Part shown: piece by piece, positions 9,764 through 20,438 of the stretch
How the letters are laid out: every line of letters starts with the position of its first letter
How positions within the stretch are numbered: position 1 is the first letter of the stretch
From: a phage
Length of the DNA stretch: 64,000 nt
Sequence record: PZ445427.1
Strand: one strand, 5' to 3'
Translations under genes and position numbers: made by a program
Notes under the pieces: model-generated
Told to the model about the DNA's origin: nothing
Seen by the model: the letters and a program-made list of their open reading frames with translations, nothing else
Databases searched by the model: none

Positions 9764-10164
9764 TCAATTTAAAAGATATTACCCTTGAAACTCGTACTAT
9801 TGAGCTGGCTTACCCAGGTATGCCTAACTTCAAGCTGCAACTGAACTACATGTCTCGTGCTGCATCTAAGCGTGTTATCTCTTCCGCTAAGCGTGACGAG
9901 TGGGTTAACGGTACTATGATTCAAGTTCAGGACGATGATAAGTTTATTGAAGCTTTCGTTGATACTGCAATTGCTGGCTGGACTGGCTTGACGATTGGAG
10001 ATGTTGAGAAGCTGATGCTTATCGAAACTGAAGCTGATCCTACTACTGAAGTTCCATTTAGTCGCGATAATGCTATCATGCTTATGCAGAACTCTGCTGC
10101 GTTTGATTCTTGGATCAACCAGACAGTGTTCCACTTAGACACTTTTCGTAGCTCAAAAGCGTAA
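9760..10164 (+). CDS. Tail assembly chaperone (putative, first of pair)
   Basis: 134 aa acidic ORF directly upstream of the tape measure gene, ATGA-coupled to the upstream gene. Confidence 0.45.
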   Translation: MINLKDITLETRTIELAYPGMPNFKLQLNYMSRAASKRVISSAKRDEWVNGTMIQVQDDDKFIEAFVDTAIAGWTGLTIGDVEKLMLIETEADPTTEVPFSRDNAIMLMQNSAAFDSWINQTVFHLDTFRSSKA

Positions 10165-10225
10165 GCAGTTACTAGATGCTGTTGCCGATTTTGCTGATAA
10201 ATGCATTAAATCATCAGCATCTAAA

Positions 10226-10594
10226 ATGACAAAACAACAATATTTAATGCTTTGTGAGTCGCTAGGTATTGAACCTGATCCTAAGGCAATGCCTGTTGAA
10301 CTCGAAGATTTTCCACCTATTGTATCTACTAGTATGAATATTTATAACAGTCTTATTGACTGTTTCATACCAGGTGACTTTCCTATCTTTATAGGAAAAG
10401 ACAAAAGTGCATTAGGTGTTTTATTTGATATCTATGGGATTACTGATCCTATAGAGAAAGAGTTTGTTCTACACATCATCAATATATTTGATTCGAAAGC
10501 TGTAGATGCAGCTCGTAAGAGAGCCGAGAAGCATAGTAAACCTAATGGTCGTACCCCGAACATTAAGCCACATGCTAGATCTCGAGCTCAGTAA
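10226..10594 (+). CDS. Tail assembly chaperone (putative, second of pair; possibly a frameshift extension product)
   Basis: 122 aa ORF upstream of the tape measure gene; no Shine-Dalgarno before its ATG; its reading frame is open upstream back to about 10139, overlapping the end of the previous ORF. Confidence 0.4.
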   Translation: MTKQQYLMLCESLGIEPDPKAMPVELEDFPPIVSTSMNIYNSLIDCFIPGDFPIFIGKDKSALGVLFDIYGITDPIEKEFVLHIINIFDSKAVDAARKRAEKHSKPNGRTPNIKPHARSRAQ

Positions 10595-10630
10595 AAAGTT
10601 TCCTCCAATGGGCGTTCCACGATGAGGCTT

Positions 10631-10661
10631 GGCTCTGGGTGATTTGCCCAGAGCCTTTTTT
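10631..10661 (+). terminator. Rho-independent terminator upstream of the tape measure gene
   Basis: Hairpin ggctctggg-tgatttg-cccagagcc followed by TTTTTT. Confidence 0.7.
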
Positions 10662-10678
10662 ATTGGGAAAAATAAATG
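10656..10678 (+). promoter_or_regulatory. Conserved 23-nt element TTTTTTATTGGGAAAAATAAATG (copy 2), ending in the tape measure start codon
   Basis: Identical to 5635-5657. Confidence 0.5.
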
Positions 10679-13600
10679 ACTGATAAGCTAATACGAGAAC
10701 TACTTATAGATGTAAAGCAGAAAGGGGCAACCCGTACTGCAAAATCTATTGAGAACGTTTCCGATGCGTTAGAAAATGCTGCTGCCGCTTCCGAACTGAC
10801 TAACGAGCAGTTGGGAAAAATGCCCAAAACTCTTTACTCCATTGAGAGGGCGGCGGATAGAGCAGCTAAAAGTCTAACAAAAATGCAGGCTAGCAGAGGT
10901 ATGATGGGTATCACCAAATCTATGGATAGTATTGGTGCTAAGTTAGATGACCTTGCTATTGCTATGATTGAGGTATCCGATAAGCTAGAGTCTGGATTTA
11001 CACATGTTGGTAAATCTGTTAAGGCGATGGGTAACGATGTAGCTGCTGCAACTGAAAAAGTTCAAGATAGATTATATGATACTAACCGAGCACTAGGTAA
11101 TACTGCTAGGGGCTTTAATGATACGACTACTGCAGCAGGACGTGCTAGTCGTGCAATTGGTAATACTTCTGGTTCAGCACGTGGTGCTACTCGTGATTTC
11201 GCAGCTATGGCTAAAGTGGGCGGTAGTTTGCCTCTTATGTATGCTGCTATCGCATCTAACGTGTTCGTTCTACAATCTGCCTTCGAACAGCTTAAGATGG
11301 GGGATCAGTTAAACCGTCTTGAGAAGTTTGGTACTATTGTTGGTACTCAAACAGGTACTCCGGTACAAACTCTAGCTAGATCCCTACAAGAGGCTGCTGG
11401 TTATGCAATTTCCTTCGAAGAAGCAATGAGACAGGCATCCTCTGCTTCTGCATATGGATTTGATGCTGAACAACTTAATAAATTTGGTCTAGTAGCTCGT
11501 CGTGCTGCTGCTGTTCTTGGTGTTGATATGACTGATGCACTTAACCGTGTAATCAAGGGTGTATCTAAACAAGAAATCGAACTTCTGGACGAACTTGGTG
11601 TTACTATTCGTCTTAATGATGCTTATGCTGACTACGTTAAACAGTTAAATGCTGCTAACACAGGTATTACATATAACGTTAATAGTCTCTCTACTTTCCA
11701 GAAGCAACAAGCATATGCTAACGCAGTAATCGCTGAATCTACTAAACGTTTCGGCTATCTTGATGATGTACTTCGTGCAACCCCTTGGGAACAGTTTGCT
11801 GCTAATGCTGATGCTGCACTGAGAAAGGTTCAACAGGCTGCTGCTAAGTATTTAGGGCCAGTAATTGATTCTATCAACGCAGTGTTCTATACTTCTCAAG
11901 CATCTATCTCGGCCTCTGCTGCTAGAGCACAGGAAGAAACTAACCGTCAGATTGACCCAACTAACGTTGGTGCTGTAGCTTTAAGTCTTTCCGCTTCTGA
12001 GGAAGGATATAATAAAGCTCTTGATATGTACAAAGAATCTCTAGAAAAGCGTAATAAGTTAAAAGCTGATCTAGATAAGCGTATGCAGCAAGCAGATGCA
12101 TCTACAGCAGGGGCTATTCGTTTAGTTGCTCAAGGTGCACCGGTAGGATTAGCTGCAGGAGGTTTTGAAGTAGGAGGAGTTCGCATAGGATCTTCTGAAG
12201 AAAACCAGAAATTCATTGCAGATACTGCTGCATTAGCTCTCCAGGTAGAGCGTCTTGATAAGGAAGTAGAGGATTCAACTGGCAATCTTAATGCATGGAA
12301 ATCGGCATACCAAGCTGCTGGTGCTGCAGCAGCCAAATCTAATACAGAATTCCAGAAGCAAATTAACCTACAGAAAGATGCAAATGACCCGGATGCGGTT
12401 TATGACTTTAACTCTGCAACTCTGAAAGGATTGACAGAACAGCAGAAAGCGTATGACCAAGCTAAGAAAACTGCCAGTGACTTAGCTAACGATATCCAGA
12501 ACATCGCTCAGAATACTAATACTGCGGCTAAAACTAGTGCATCCCTATCAGATACGATTAAGACTATTGAGTCTCTTTCTGCGGGTACTGGTAAAAATGC
12601 TGATGAGTATGTTAAGAGCCTGAACTTAGGGTATAATACTCTTAGTGAGATGAAGACTGCTTCACAAGCTCTTGCTGGTTACGTAAAATTAACTGGTAAT
12701 GAGACTAAGAATCAGTTAGAAGTTCAGCAGAAGATTGCAGAAGTATACAACCAGACTAAGGACAAAGAGAAAGCACAGGAAGCTGGTAGACGTCTGGAAA
12801 TCCAACAGTTAGAAGAACAGGAAGCAGCTCTTAAGCGTGTCCTAGAAACTAACAAAGGTAACAAAGCAATCGAAGGTGAAATAGCTAAGATTCAGTTAGA
12901 ACGTATCAAAGTTACTAACCAGGGTATGGAAGCCCAGAAGAAGGTTAAGGACTATACGGATAAGATTCTTGGTGTTGATCGTGAAATTGCTCTCCTGAAT
13001 AACCGTACTATGACAGATACTCAGTATCGTTTAGCTCAGTTGAACCTTGAACTGACTGTCGAGAAAGAGAAATACGCATGGTATACTAAGCAAGCAGATA
13101 AGCAGAAAGAAGCAGAACAGTCAAGACGTGCTCAGGCACAGATTGAACGTGAAATCTGGAAATTCCGTCAGGATCAGCAAAGGGAAATGGCTGCTGGCAG
13201 GGAGGAGGAGCAACAAAGAAAATTTACTGCAAATCCTTTAATGGGAGCTGCGGAACGTATCAAGGAGCAAATCCAGTTATTCGAAGACCTTAAGCAAAAA
13301 ACTTTAGGGAATGCTGCTGCTCAGCTAGAATATAACAAAAAGCTAGCAGAAACTAGAGCCCAGCTTGCGGCTCTAAGAGTACAGCGTGATGCAGAAATGC
13401 AGTCTTCTGTAGGTGCAGCTGTAGGGGCTACGTATACTCCTACTACTGGATTAACTGGAGAAGATAAAAACTTCGCAGATATGCAGAATAGAATGGCATC
13501 TTACGACCAGGCTATTTCTAAGCTGTCTGAGCTGAACTCCGAAGCAACTGCTGTAGCACAAAGCATGGGTAACCTAACTAACGCTATGATCCAGTTCTCT

Positions 13601-14383
13601 CAAGGATCTCTGGATACCACTTCTCTAGTAGCGGCGGGTATGCAAACTGTATCTTCAATGATTCAGTATAGTGTTGGTCAACAGGTAAGTGCTATTGATG
13701 CAGCTATTGCAGCAGAACAGAAACGTGATGGTAAATCTGAGCAATCCAAAGCTAAGATCAAGAAGTTAGAGGCTGAAAAGCTCAAGATCCAGCAAGATGC
13801 GGCTAAGAAGCAAATCATTATCCAGACGGCAGTAGCGGTGATGCAGGCAGCAACAGCTGTTCCGTATCCATTCTCTATTCCTCTGATGGTTGCGGCTGGT
13901 TTAGCAGGTGCTATGGCTCTTGCTCAAGCATCCTCTGCATCTGGTATGTCTTCTATTGGGGACTCTGGTGCTGAGACAGCTGGTTACTTAACTCTTGGAG
14001 AGCGCCAGAAGAACGTAGACGTTTCTATGTCGGCTAACGCAGGAGAACTTTCTTATATTCGAGGTGATCAAGGGATTGGTAATGCTAACTCTTTCGTACC
14101 TCGTGCAGAAGGTGGTAATATGTATCCTGGAGTTAGTTACCAGATGGGTGAGCATGGTACCGAAGTAATCACTCCTATGGTTCCGATGAAGGCTACTCCT
14201 ACTGATGAACTCAAAGGATCTTCAAAGGGTACATCGGGTAGACCTATTGTGCTGAACATCAGTACGATGGATGCGGCTAGCTTCCGAGACTTTGCTTCGA
14301 GCAACAGTGCTGCTTTCAGGGATGCCGTGGAACAGGCTCTTAATGAGAATGGAACCACCCTGAAATCACTTGGTAATTCTTAA
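10676..14383 (+). CDS. Tail tape measure protein (pb2-like)
   Basis: 1235 aa, largely alpha-helical coiled coil with a hydrophobic/Gly-rich stretch (VAVMQAATAVPYPFSIPLMVAAGLAGAMALAQASSASG) typical of tape measure proteins; position between chaperones and distal tail protein. Confidence 0.85.
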   Translation: MTDKLIRELLIDVKQKGATRTAKSIENVSDALENAAAASELTNEQLGKMPKTLYSIERAADRAAKSLTKMQASRGMMGITKSMDSIGAKLDDLAIAMIEVSDKLESGFTHVGKSVKAMGNDVAAATEKVQDRLYDTNRALGNTARGFNDTTTAAGRASRAIGNTSGSARGATRDFAAMAKVGGSLPLMYAAIASNVFVLQSAFEQLKMGDQLNRLEKFGTIVGTQTGTPVQTLARSLQEAAGYAISFEEAMRQASSASAYGFDAEQLNKFGLVARRAAAVLGVDMTDALNRVIKGVSKQEIELLDELGVTIRLNDAYADYVKQLNAANTGITYNVNSLSTFQKQQAYANAVIAESTKRFGYLDDVLRATPWEQFAANADAALRKVQQAAAKYLGPVIDSINAVFYTSQASISASAARAQEETNRQIDPTNVGAVALSLSASEEGYNKALDMYKESLEKRNKLKADLDKRMQQADASTAGAIRLVAQGAPVGLAAGGFEVGGVRIGSSEENQKFIADTAALALQVERLDKEVEDSTGNLNAWKSAYQAAGAAAAKSNTEFQKQINLQKDANDPDAVYDFNSATLKGLTEQQKAYDQAKKTASDLANDIQNIAQNTNTAAKTSASLSDTIKTIESLSAGTGKNADEYVKSLNLGYNTLSEMKTASQALAGYVKLTGNETKNQLEVQQKIAEVYNQTKDKEKAQEAGRRLEIQQLEEQEAALKRVLETNKGNKAIEGEIAKIQLERIKVTNQGMEAQKKVKDYTDKILGVDREIALLNNRTMTDTQYRLAQLNLELTVEKEKYAWYTKQADKQKEAEQSRRAQAQIEREIWKFRQDQQREMAAGREEEQQRKFTANPLMGAAERIKEQIQLFEDLKQKTLGNAAAQLEYNKKLAETRAQLAALRVQRDAEMQSSVGAAVGATYTPTTGLTGEDKNFADMQNRMASYDQAISKLSELNSEATAVAQSMGNLTNAMIQFSQGSLDTTSLVAAGMQTVSSMIQYSVGQQVSAIDAAIAAEQKRDGKSEQSKAKIKKLEAEKLKIQQDAAKKQIIIQTAVAVMQAATAVPYPFSIPLMVAAGLAGAMALAQASSASGMSSIGDSGAETAGYLTLGERQKNVDVSMSANAGELSYIRGDQGIGNANSFVPRAEGGNMYPGVSYQMGEHGTEVITPMVPMKATPTDELKGSSKGTSGRPIVLNISTMDAASFRDFASSNSAAFRDAVEQALNENGTTLKSLGNS

Positions 14384-14387
14384 TACT

Positions 14388-14418
14388 GGAGGAGGACTTT
14401 ATGTCCTCCTTTTCTTTA
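14388..14418 (+). terminator. Rho-independent terminator after the tape measure gene
   Basis: Hairpin ggaggac-tttat-gtcctcc followed by a T-rich run. Confidence 0.7.
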
Positions 14419-14436
14419 TGGAAAAATAAAAATTTC

Positions 14437-14465
14437 TTGATAAAATTTTCCAATCCTATTATAAT
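14437..14465 (+). promoter_or_regulatory. Sigma70-like promoter upstream of the distal tail protein gene
   Basis: TTGATA, 17-nt spacer, TATAAT; AGGAG RBS before the ATG at 14492. Confidence 0.5.
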
Positions 14466-14491
14466 ATTGTTATTAAGAGGAGAAATTAACT

Positions 14492-15106
14492 ATGAGACTA
14501 CCAGACCCATACACGAACCCAGAGCTATCAGGGTTAGGTTTTGAAAGCGTTAACTTAGTAGACAATGACCCTATGATTCGTGATGAATTACCTAATGGTA
14601 AAGTTAGGGAGGTTAAGGTGTCTGCTCAATATTGGGGTATTAATATCTCTTATCCAGAATTATTCCCAGATGAATTTGCTAAATTAGACTCATTCATTCT
14701 AGATTATAAAAGAACAGGTAGCTATATTGATGTGTTATTACCACAATATGAAGCTTTCCGAGTTCGTGGTGATACTAGTGCTGTAAATATTCCTGCTGGA
14801 CAAAAAGGTTCAACAGTTATTATGGACACTAAAGGTACACTTCGTGGACTGCCTAAACCAGGCGATTTATTTAAATTGTCCAACCATCCAAAAGTGTATA
14901 AAATCACTTCTATCAACACAGCAGGAAATACTTGGAATATAAGTGTTTATCCTGATCTATTCATTACTACTACGGGTAGTGAGAAACCGGTATTTAATGG
15001 TATTCTGTTTAGAACTAAATTAATGAACGGAGACAGTTTTGGCTCTACGTTAAATAGTAATGGTACATATACTGGTATTTCACTTTCCTTGAGGGAAAGT
15101 CTATGA
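14492..15106 (+). CDS. Distal tail protein (pb9-like)
   Basis: 204 aa (size as I recall for T5 pb9), directly after the tape measure gene and before the baseplate hub. Confidence 0.65.
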   Translation: MRLPDPYTNPELSGLGFESVNLVDNDPMIRDELPNGKVREVKVSAQYWGINISYPELFPDEFAKLDSFILDYKRTGSYIDVLLPQYEAFRVRGDTSAVNIPAGQKGSTVIMDTKGTLRGLPKPGDLFKLSNHPKVYKITSINTAGNTWNISVYPDLFITTTGSEKPVFNGILFRTKLMNGDSFGSTLNSNGTYTGISLSLRESL

Positions 15107-17952
15107 AGAAAATTCTTGACAGTGCAAGAGAGTATTTAAGAACCAATAATAAAATAAAAACTGCATGCCTTATTACTCTTGAATTGCCAAGCTCTACCGG
15201 ATCAAGTTCTGCGTACATTTATCTTACAGACTATTTTAGGGATGTAATTTATAATGGTATTCTTTACACATCTGGTAAAGTTAAGTCTATAACAACACAT
15301 AAACAAAATAGAAAACTTTCCATTGGTAGCCTTTCTTTTACTATCACAGGTACTGCTGAAGATGAAGTATTAAAACTAGTCCAAAATGGTGTATCCTTCC
15401 TAGATAGATCCATCTCAATCCATCAAGCGGTTATTGATGAAGAAGGTAACATTCTTCCTGTAGATCCAGACACTAATGGTCCTTTACTTTACTTCCGTGG
15501 TAAAATCACTGGTGGTGGTATTAAGGATAACATTGGTACTTCTGGAGTTAGTACATCTGTTATTACATGGAACTGTTCAAACCAATTCTATGACTTTGAT
15601 AGAGTAAACGGACGTTTCACAGATGATGCTGACCATAGGGGACTTGAGATTGTTGCTGGCCAATTAGTTCCATCTAATGGTGCTAAACGACCTGAATATC
15701 AAGAGGACTACGGATTCTTCCACGCTAACAAGAGTATTTCTATTCTTGCTAAGTATCAGGTTCAGGAAGAACGTTATAAGTTACAATCTAAGAAAAAGTT
15801 ATTTGGTCTTTCTAGAAGCTATAGCCTAAAGAAATACTATGAGACTGTAACTAAGGAAGTCGATCTTGATTTTAACTTAGCAGCTAAATTCCTTCCAGTA
15901 GTATACGGAGTTCAGAAAATTCCTGGAATCCCAGTATTTGCAGATACTGAACTGCATAACCCTAATATCGTATATGTAGTATACGCTTTCTGTGAGGGTG
16001 AGATTGATGGATTTCTAGATTTCTACTTTGGTGATGTACCAATGATCTGTATTGATCCTAATGATAGTAAGTCTCGTACTTGTTTTGGTACTAAGAAAGT
16101 AGCTGGTGATACCATGCAACGTATTGCTTCTGGTCAACCAAGCTCTGAACCTTCTGTTCATGGACAGGAATATAAGTATAATGATGGTAATGGCGATATC
16201 CGTATCTGGACTTATCATGGTAAGGCTGATCAATCTGCTGCTGATGTTCTAGTTAACATTGCAAAAGAGAAAGGTTTCTATCTACAGAACATGAATGAGA
16301 ATGGACCGGAATACTGGGACTCTCGTTATAAACTGTTAGATACTGCTTATGCTATCGTTCGCTTTACTATTAATGAAAACAGAACAGAAATTCCAGAAGT
16401 TAGTGCTGAAGTTCAAGGTAAGAAGATTAAGATCTATCATTCAGATGGTAGAGTAACTGCTGATAAGACCAGCTTAAATGGTATATGGCAAACTCTGGAC
16501 TACCTAACCTCTGATCGCTACGGTGCTAATATCACTATCGATCAGTTCCCACTCCAGCAACTTATTCAAGAAGCAGCTATTTTGGATATCATTGATGAAT
16601 CCTACCAGGTTTCTTGGCAACCCTATTGGAGATACGTTGGATGGACTGATGCTGTAGGAGAGAATAGACAAATAGTTCAAATGAACACTATTCTCGATAC
16701 CTCTGAGTCAGTATTTAAAAACGTGCAGGGATTAATAGAGTCTTATGGTGGTGCTATCAACAACTTATCTGGTCAATATAGAATAACTGTTGAGAAGTTC
16801 TCAAACACCCCATTAGAGATTGACTTCTTAGATACCTACGGTGATTTGGAGCTATCAGATACCACAGGTAGAAATAAGTTCAACTCAGTACAAGCCTCCA
16901 TATTAGATCCTGCATTAAGCTGGAAGACTAACTCCATTACATTCTTTAACTCTATATTTAAGGAACAAGATAAAGGATTAGATAAAAAACTTCAGCTTTC
17001 TTTTGCAAATATCACTAACTACTATACTGCACGTAGCTTTGCAGATAGAGAACTGAAAAAGTCTCGTTACTCACGAACTCTCACATTCTCATTACCATAT
17101 CATTTCATAGGCATTGAGCCTAACGATCCGATTGCTTTTACATATGGTCGTTATGGTTGGAATAAGAAATACTTCCTAGTTGATGAGGTTGAAAACTCTA
17201 GAGAAGGTAAGATTAATATTACACTGCAAGAGTATGGTGAGGATGTATTCATTAACTCCGAGCAGGTTGATAATAGTGGTAACGATATCCCTGATGTTAG
17301 TAATAATGTACTGCCTCCTAGAGACTTTATGTATACACCAACACCGGGTGGACAAGTAGGATCTATTGGTAAGAATGGTGAGTTATCTTGGCTTCCTAGC
17401 TTAACTAATAACGTTGTTTACTACTCCATTGTTCATTCTGGACATGCTGATCCTTACATCGTACAGCAATTAGAAACTAATCCAAATCTACGAATGATCC
17501 AAGAAATTATTGGAGAACCTGCTGGTTTAGCAGTCTTTGAGATTAGAGCTGTAGATATTAATGGTAGACGAAGTTCTCCTGTAACACTATCGGTAGAACT
17601 TAACTCTGCTAAAAACTTAAGCGTCGTTAGTAATTTCAGGGTTACTAATACAGCTTCAGGAGATGCATCGGAGTTTGTAGGACCAGACGTTAAGTTGGCC
17701 TGGGATAGAATTCCAGAAGAAGATATCATTGATGGAATCTTCTACACTCTCGAAATCTACGATAACCTAGATCGTTTATTAAGAAGTGTACGAATTGAAG
17801 ATCAGTATGTCTACGATTATCTACTGATATACAATAAGGCAGACTATGCTCTTCATAACGAGGATGCTCTAGGTATTAATAGGAAGTTACGCTTCCGTAT
17901 AAGAGCAGAAGGTGATAATGGCGAGCAATCTGTGGATTGGGCATCTATTTAA
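15103..17952 (+). CDS. Baseplate hub / tail tip protein with C-terminal fibronectin-III-like domains (pb3-like)
   Basis: 949 aa (size as I recall for T5 pb3); ATGA overlap with the distal tail protein gene; position in tail tip module. Confidence 0.7.
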   Translation: MKKILDSAREYLRTNNKIKTACLITLELPSSTGSSSAYIYLTDYFRDVIYNGILYTSGKVKSITTHKQNRKLSIGSLSFTITGTAEDEVLKLVQNGVSFLDRSISIHQAVIDEEGNILPVDPDTNGPLLYFRGKITGGGIKDNIGTSGVSTSVITWNCSNQFYDFDRVNGRFTDDADHRGLEIVAGQLVPSNGAKRPEYQEDYGFFHANKSISILAKYQVQEERYKLQSKKKLFGLSRSYSLKKYYETVTKEVDLDFNLAAKFLPVVYGVQKIPGIPVFADTELHNPNIVYVVYAFCEGEIDGFLDFYFGDVPMICIDPNDSKSRTCFGTKKVAGDTMQRIASGQPSSEPSVHGQEYKYNDGNGDIRIWTYHGKADQSAADVLVNIAKEKGFYLQNMNENGPEYWDSRYKLLDTAYAIVRFTINENRTEIPEVSAEVQGKKIKIYHSDGRVTADKTSLNGIWQTLDYLTSDRYGANITIDQFPLQQLIQEAAILDIIDESYQVSWQPYWRYVGWTDAVGENRQIVQMNTILDTSESVFKNVQGLIESYGGAINNLSGQYRITVEKFSNTPLEIDFLDTYGDLELSDTTGRNKFNSVQASILDPALSWKTNSITFFNSIFKEQDKGLDKKLQLSFANITNYYTARSFADRELKKSRYSRTLTFSLPYHFIGIEPNDPIAFTYGRYGWNKKYFLVDEVENSREGKINITLQEYGEDVFINSEQVDNSGNDIPDVSNNVLPPRDFMYTPTPGGQVGSIGKNGELSWLPSLTNNVVYYSIVHSGHADPYIVQQLETNPNLRMIQEIIGEPAGLAVFEIRAVDINGRRSSPVTLSVELNSAKNLSVVSNFRVTNTASGDASEFVGPDVKLAWDRIPEEDIIDGIFYTLEIYDNLDRLLRSVRIEDQYVYDYLLIYNKADYALHNEDALGINRKLRFRIRAEGDNGEQSVDWASI

Positions 17953-20010
17953 ATGATTTCGAATAATGCACCAGCCAAGATGGTCTTAAATAGTATTATG
18001 ACTGGATATACTATGGCGTATATCCAGCATTCTATCTATACCGACTACGATGTTATCGGTAGATCATTCTGGCTTAAACTTGGCGAAGAAGTGGATAGAA
18101 GAGATTTCACTGGAATCGACACTTTCTTTGTTATGATCAATAACTTAACTCCCTCAACTACCTATCAGGTTCAGGGAGCTTTTTATGACTCAATTATTGA
18201 CTCAGAACTTTTAAATGCAAAAATTGGTATTAACCTCTCTAATGAAACTAACTTTAAAACAAAAGAGAAGCCAATAATTGTTACAGCAAGGTCTGAGTCA
18301 GAACCAGTGGATGTTGGGGTGGGCGCACCGATAGTTGTTGTGGAAACTACTGGTGAAGCAAGTTACTGTACTATTGAGTTAAAAAGTACAGCCACGGAAG
18401 ATAGTCCTTGGACTAAGTATTACATTGGGGCTTTAGGTTCTACTATTAAATTTGGTGGAGTTCCTATCGGAGATTATAAGATCAGAATATCTGGTCAAGT
18501 AACTATGCCTGATGGTGTTACAGTTGATTCTTCTGGTTACTATGAGTTCCCTAGTATTCTAACTGTAGCTTATAATTTTGTTCCTCCTACTGCACCTATC
18601 GATATTGTTTTTAAAGCTGCACGAATTGCTGATGGTAAAGAACGATATGATGTTAGAATTGAGTGGGATTGGGAACGCGGTGCTGGTGCTAATGTTCGTG
18701 AGTTCTTGGTTACTTATATAAACTCCGAAGAATACGCTAAGACTGGCTGGGCTAAAGCTCAAAAGATAAACGTGGGGGCTGCTAGAGCTGCAACGATTAT
18801 ATCATTCCCATGGAAAGTTGAACATACCTTTAAGGTTTCATCAATTGCCTGGGGACCAAATAAGCAAGATATAACAGAATCAGCTCCTGTAACATTTATT
18901 CTGAATGAGGATACTCCTCTAGATAACAGTTTTGTCAATGAGACGGGTATTGATGTTAACTATGCCTTTATTAAGGGTAGTATGAAAGATGGGGAAATCT
19001 GGAGACAGACATTCTTAATTGATGCAGCTACTGGTGCTATTAACATTGGTCTGCTCGATGAAGAAGGAAAAGCACCTATTTCTTTCGACCCTATAAATCG
19101 TGTTGTTAACGTTGATGGTAAAGTAATTACTAGAGATATTAATGCTGCGAACTTTATCATGACTAACTTGTCTGGTAAAGATAATCCAGCAATTTACACT
19201 CAAGGTAAATCTTGGGGAGATAATAACTCTGGTATTTGGATGGGTATGGATAATACCTCTGCCAAAGCGAAACTAGACATTGGTAATGCTACACAATGGA
19301 TACGTTATGATGGTACTACTCTGCGCATCTCTAGTGGTGTAGTAATTGGAACGCCAAATGGTGACGTAGATATTGGAACTGGTTTACAAGGTAAGCAAAC
19401 AGTATTTGTTTATAAGTTAGCAACATCTTTACCGGCCAAACCGCTAGAACAAGATTATCCGCCTCCTGGTTGGTCAAAAACTCCACCTAACCGTACAGAT
19501 ATGACACAAAATATCTATGCGACTACAGGTACACTTGATCCAGTTACTAACAAACTTCTTGAAGGTACTAGCTGGTCTGATGTAGTTCAGTGGAGTGGTA
19601 CTGAAGGTACTATAGGACATGATGGACAGCGTGGTCCTGGGATGTACTCCATGGGTATTCCTGGACTAGGTGGTTGGGATGATGGACAAGCTAACGCATT
19701 CTTCCAAAATAACTTTGGAAAACCTCCGGTTAAGTATGATGTTCTAACACAATTTAACAGTAATGCTCCGCAAACAGCATTTACCCGTCAATGGAACGGA
19801 GCTGGATGGATTAACCCTGCAATGGTTCTTCATGGCAATATGATTGTTAATGGGACTGTTACTGCGGATAAGATTGTGGCAGGAAATGCCTTCTTATCGC
19901 AAATCGGTGTTAATATAATCTACGATAGAAATGCTGCATTATCAGGGAACCCTGAAGCATACTACAAGATGAAGATAGACCTAAATAGTGGGTATATCCA
20001 TATAAGGTAA
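17953..20010 (+). CDS. Central tail fibre / tail tip protein (pb4-like)
   Basis: 685 aa ORF immediately after the hub gene; FN3-like N-terminal region. Confidence 0.6.
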   Translation: MISNNAPAKMVLNSIMTGYTMAYIQHSIYTDYDVIGRSFWLKLGEEVDRRDFTGIDTFFVMINNLTPSTTYQVQGAFYDSIIDSELLNAKIGINLSNETNFKTKEKPIIVTARSESEPVDVGVGAPIVVVETTGEASYCTIELKSTATEDSPWTKYYIGALGSTIKFGGVPIGDYKIRISGQVTMPDGVTVDSSGYYEFPSILTVAYNFVPPTAPIDIVFKAARIADGKERYDVRIEWDWERGAGANVREFLVTYINSEEYAKTGWAKAQKINVGAARAATIISFPWKVEHTFKVSSIAWGPNKQDITESAPVTFILNEDTPLDNSFVNETGIDVNYAFIKGSMKDGEIWRQTFLIDAATGAINIGLLDEEGKAPISFDPINRVVNVDGKVITRDINAANFIMTNLSGKDNPAIYTQGKSWGDNNSGIWMGMDNTSAKAKLDIGNATQWIRYDGTTLRISSGVVIGTPNGDVDIGTGLQGKQTVFVYKLATSLPAKPLEQDYPPPGWSKTPPNRTDMTQNIYATTGTLDPVTNKLLEGTSWSDVVQWSGTEGTIGHDGQRGPGMYSMGIPGLGGWDDGQANAFFQNNFGKPPVKYDVLTQFNSNAPQTAFTRQWNGAGWINPAMVLHGNMIVNGTVTADKIVAGNAFLSQIGVNIIYDRNAALSGNPEAYYKMKIDLNSGYIHIR

Positions 20011-20015
20011 TTATA

Positions 20016-20438
20016 ATGAGTACAGAAAACCGAGTTATTGATATTGTTGTTGATGAAAAAGTACCTTATGGTCTTATCATGCAATTTATGGATGTTGATG
20101 ATAGTGTATATCCACCAACAGAAGTTCCTGTTAACTTGACGGGGTATTCACTCCGAGGAACTATTAAATCTAGTTTAGATGAGAACGCCGAGGTTCTAGC
20201 TAACTTTAAAACTCGTGTTATTGATGCTGCTCAAGGTGCTGCTGCAATTAGTCTTTCCGTTGCAGACGTTACTAATATTGGTGAAAAAGCATCTAAAGAA
20301 CGTGATAAGTATAACCCAAGACAACGTTTTGCTGGTTATTATGATATCCTAATGACTCGTGATGTAATTGGCTCTGAAGTCAGTTCTTTCCGTATTATGG
20401 AAGGTAAAGTATACATCAGCGATGGAGTAACTCAATAA
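20016..20438 (+). CDS. Collar protein (T5 p132-like, putative)
   Basis: 140 aa ORF between pb4-like and the first lateral fibre gene; stop overlaps the LtfA start. Confidence 0.5.
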   Translation: MSTENRVIDIVVDEKVPYGLIMQFMDVDDSVYPPTEVPVNLTGYSLRGTIKSSLDENAEVLANFKTRVIDAAQGAAAISLSVADVTNIGEKASKERDKYNPRQRFAGYYDILMTRDVIGSEVSSFRIMEGKVYISDGVTQ

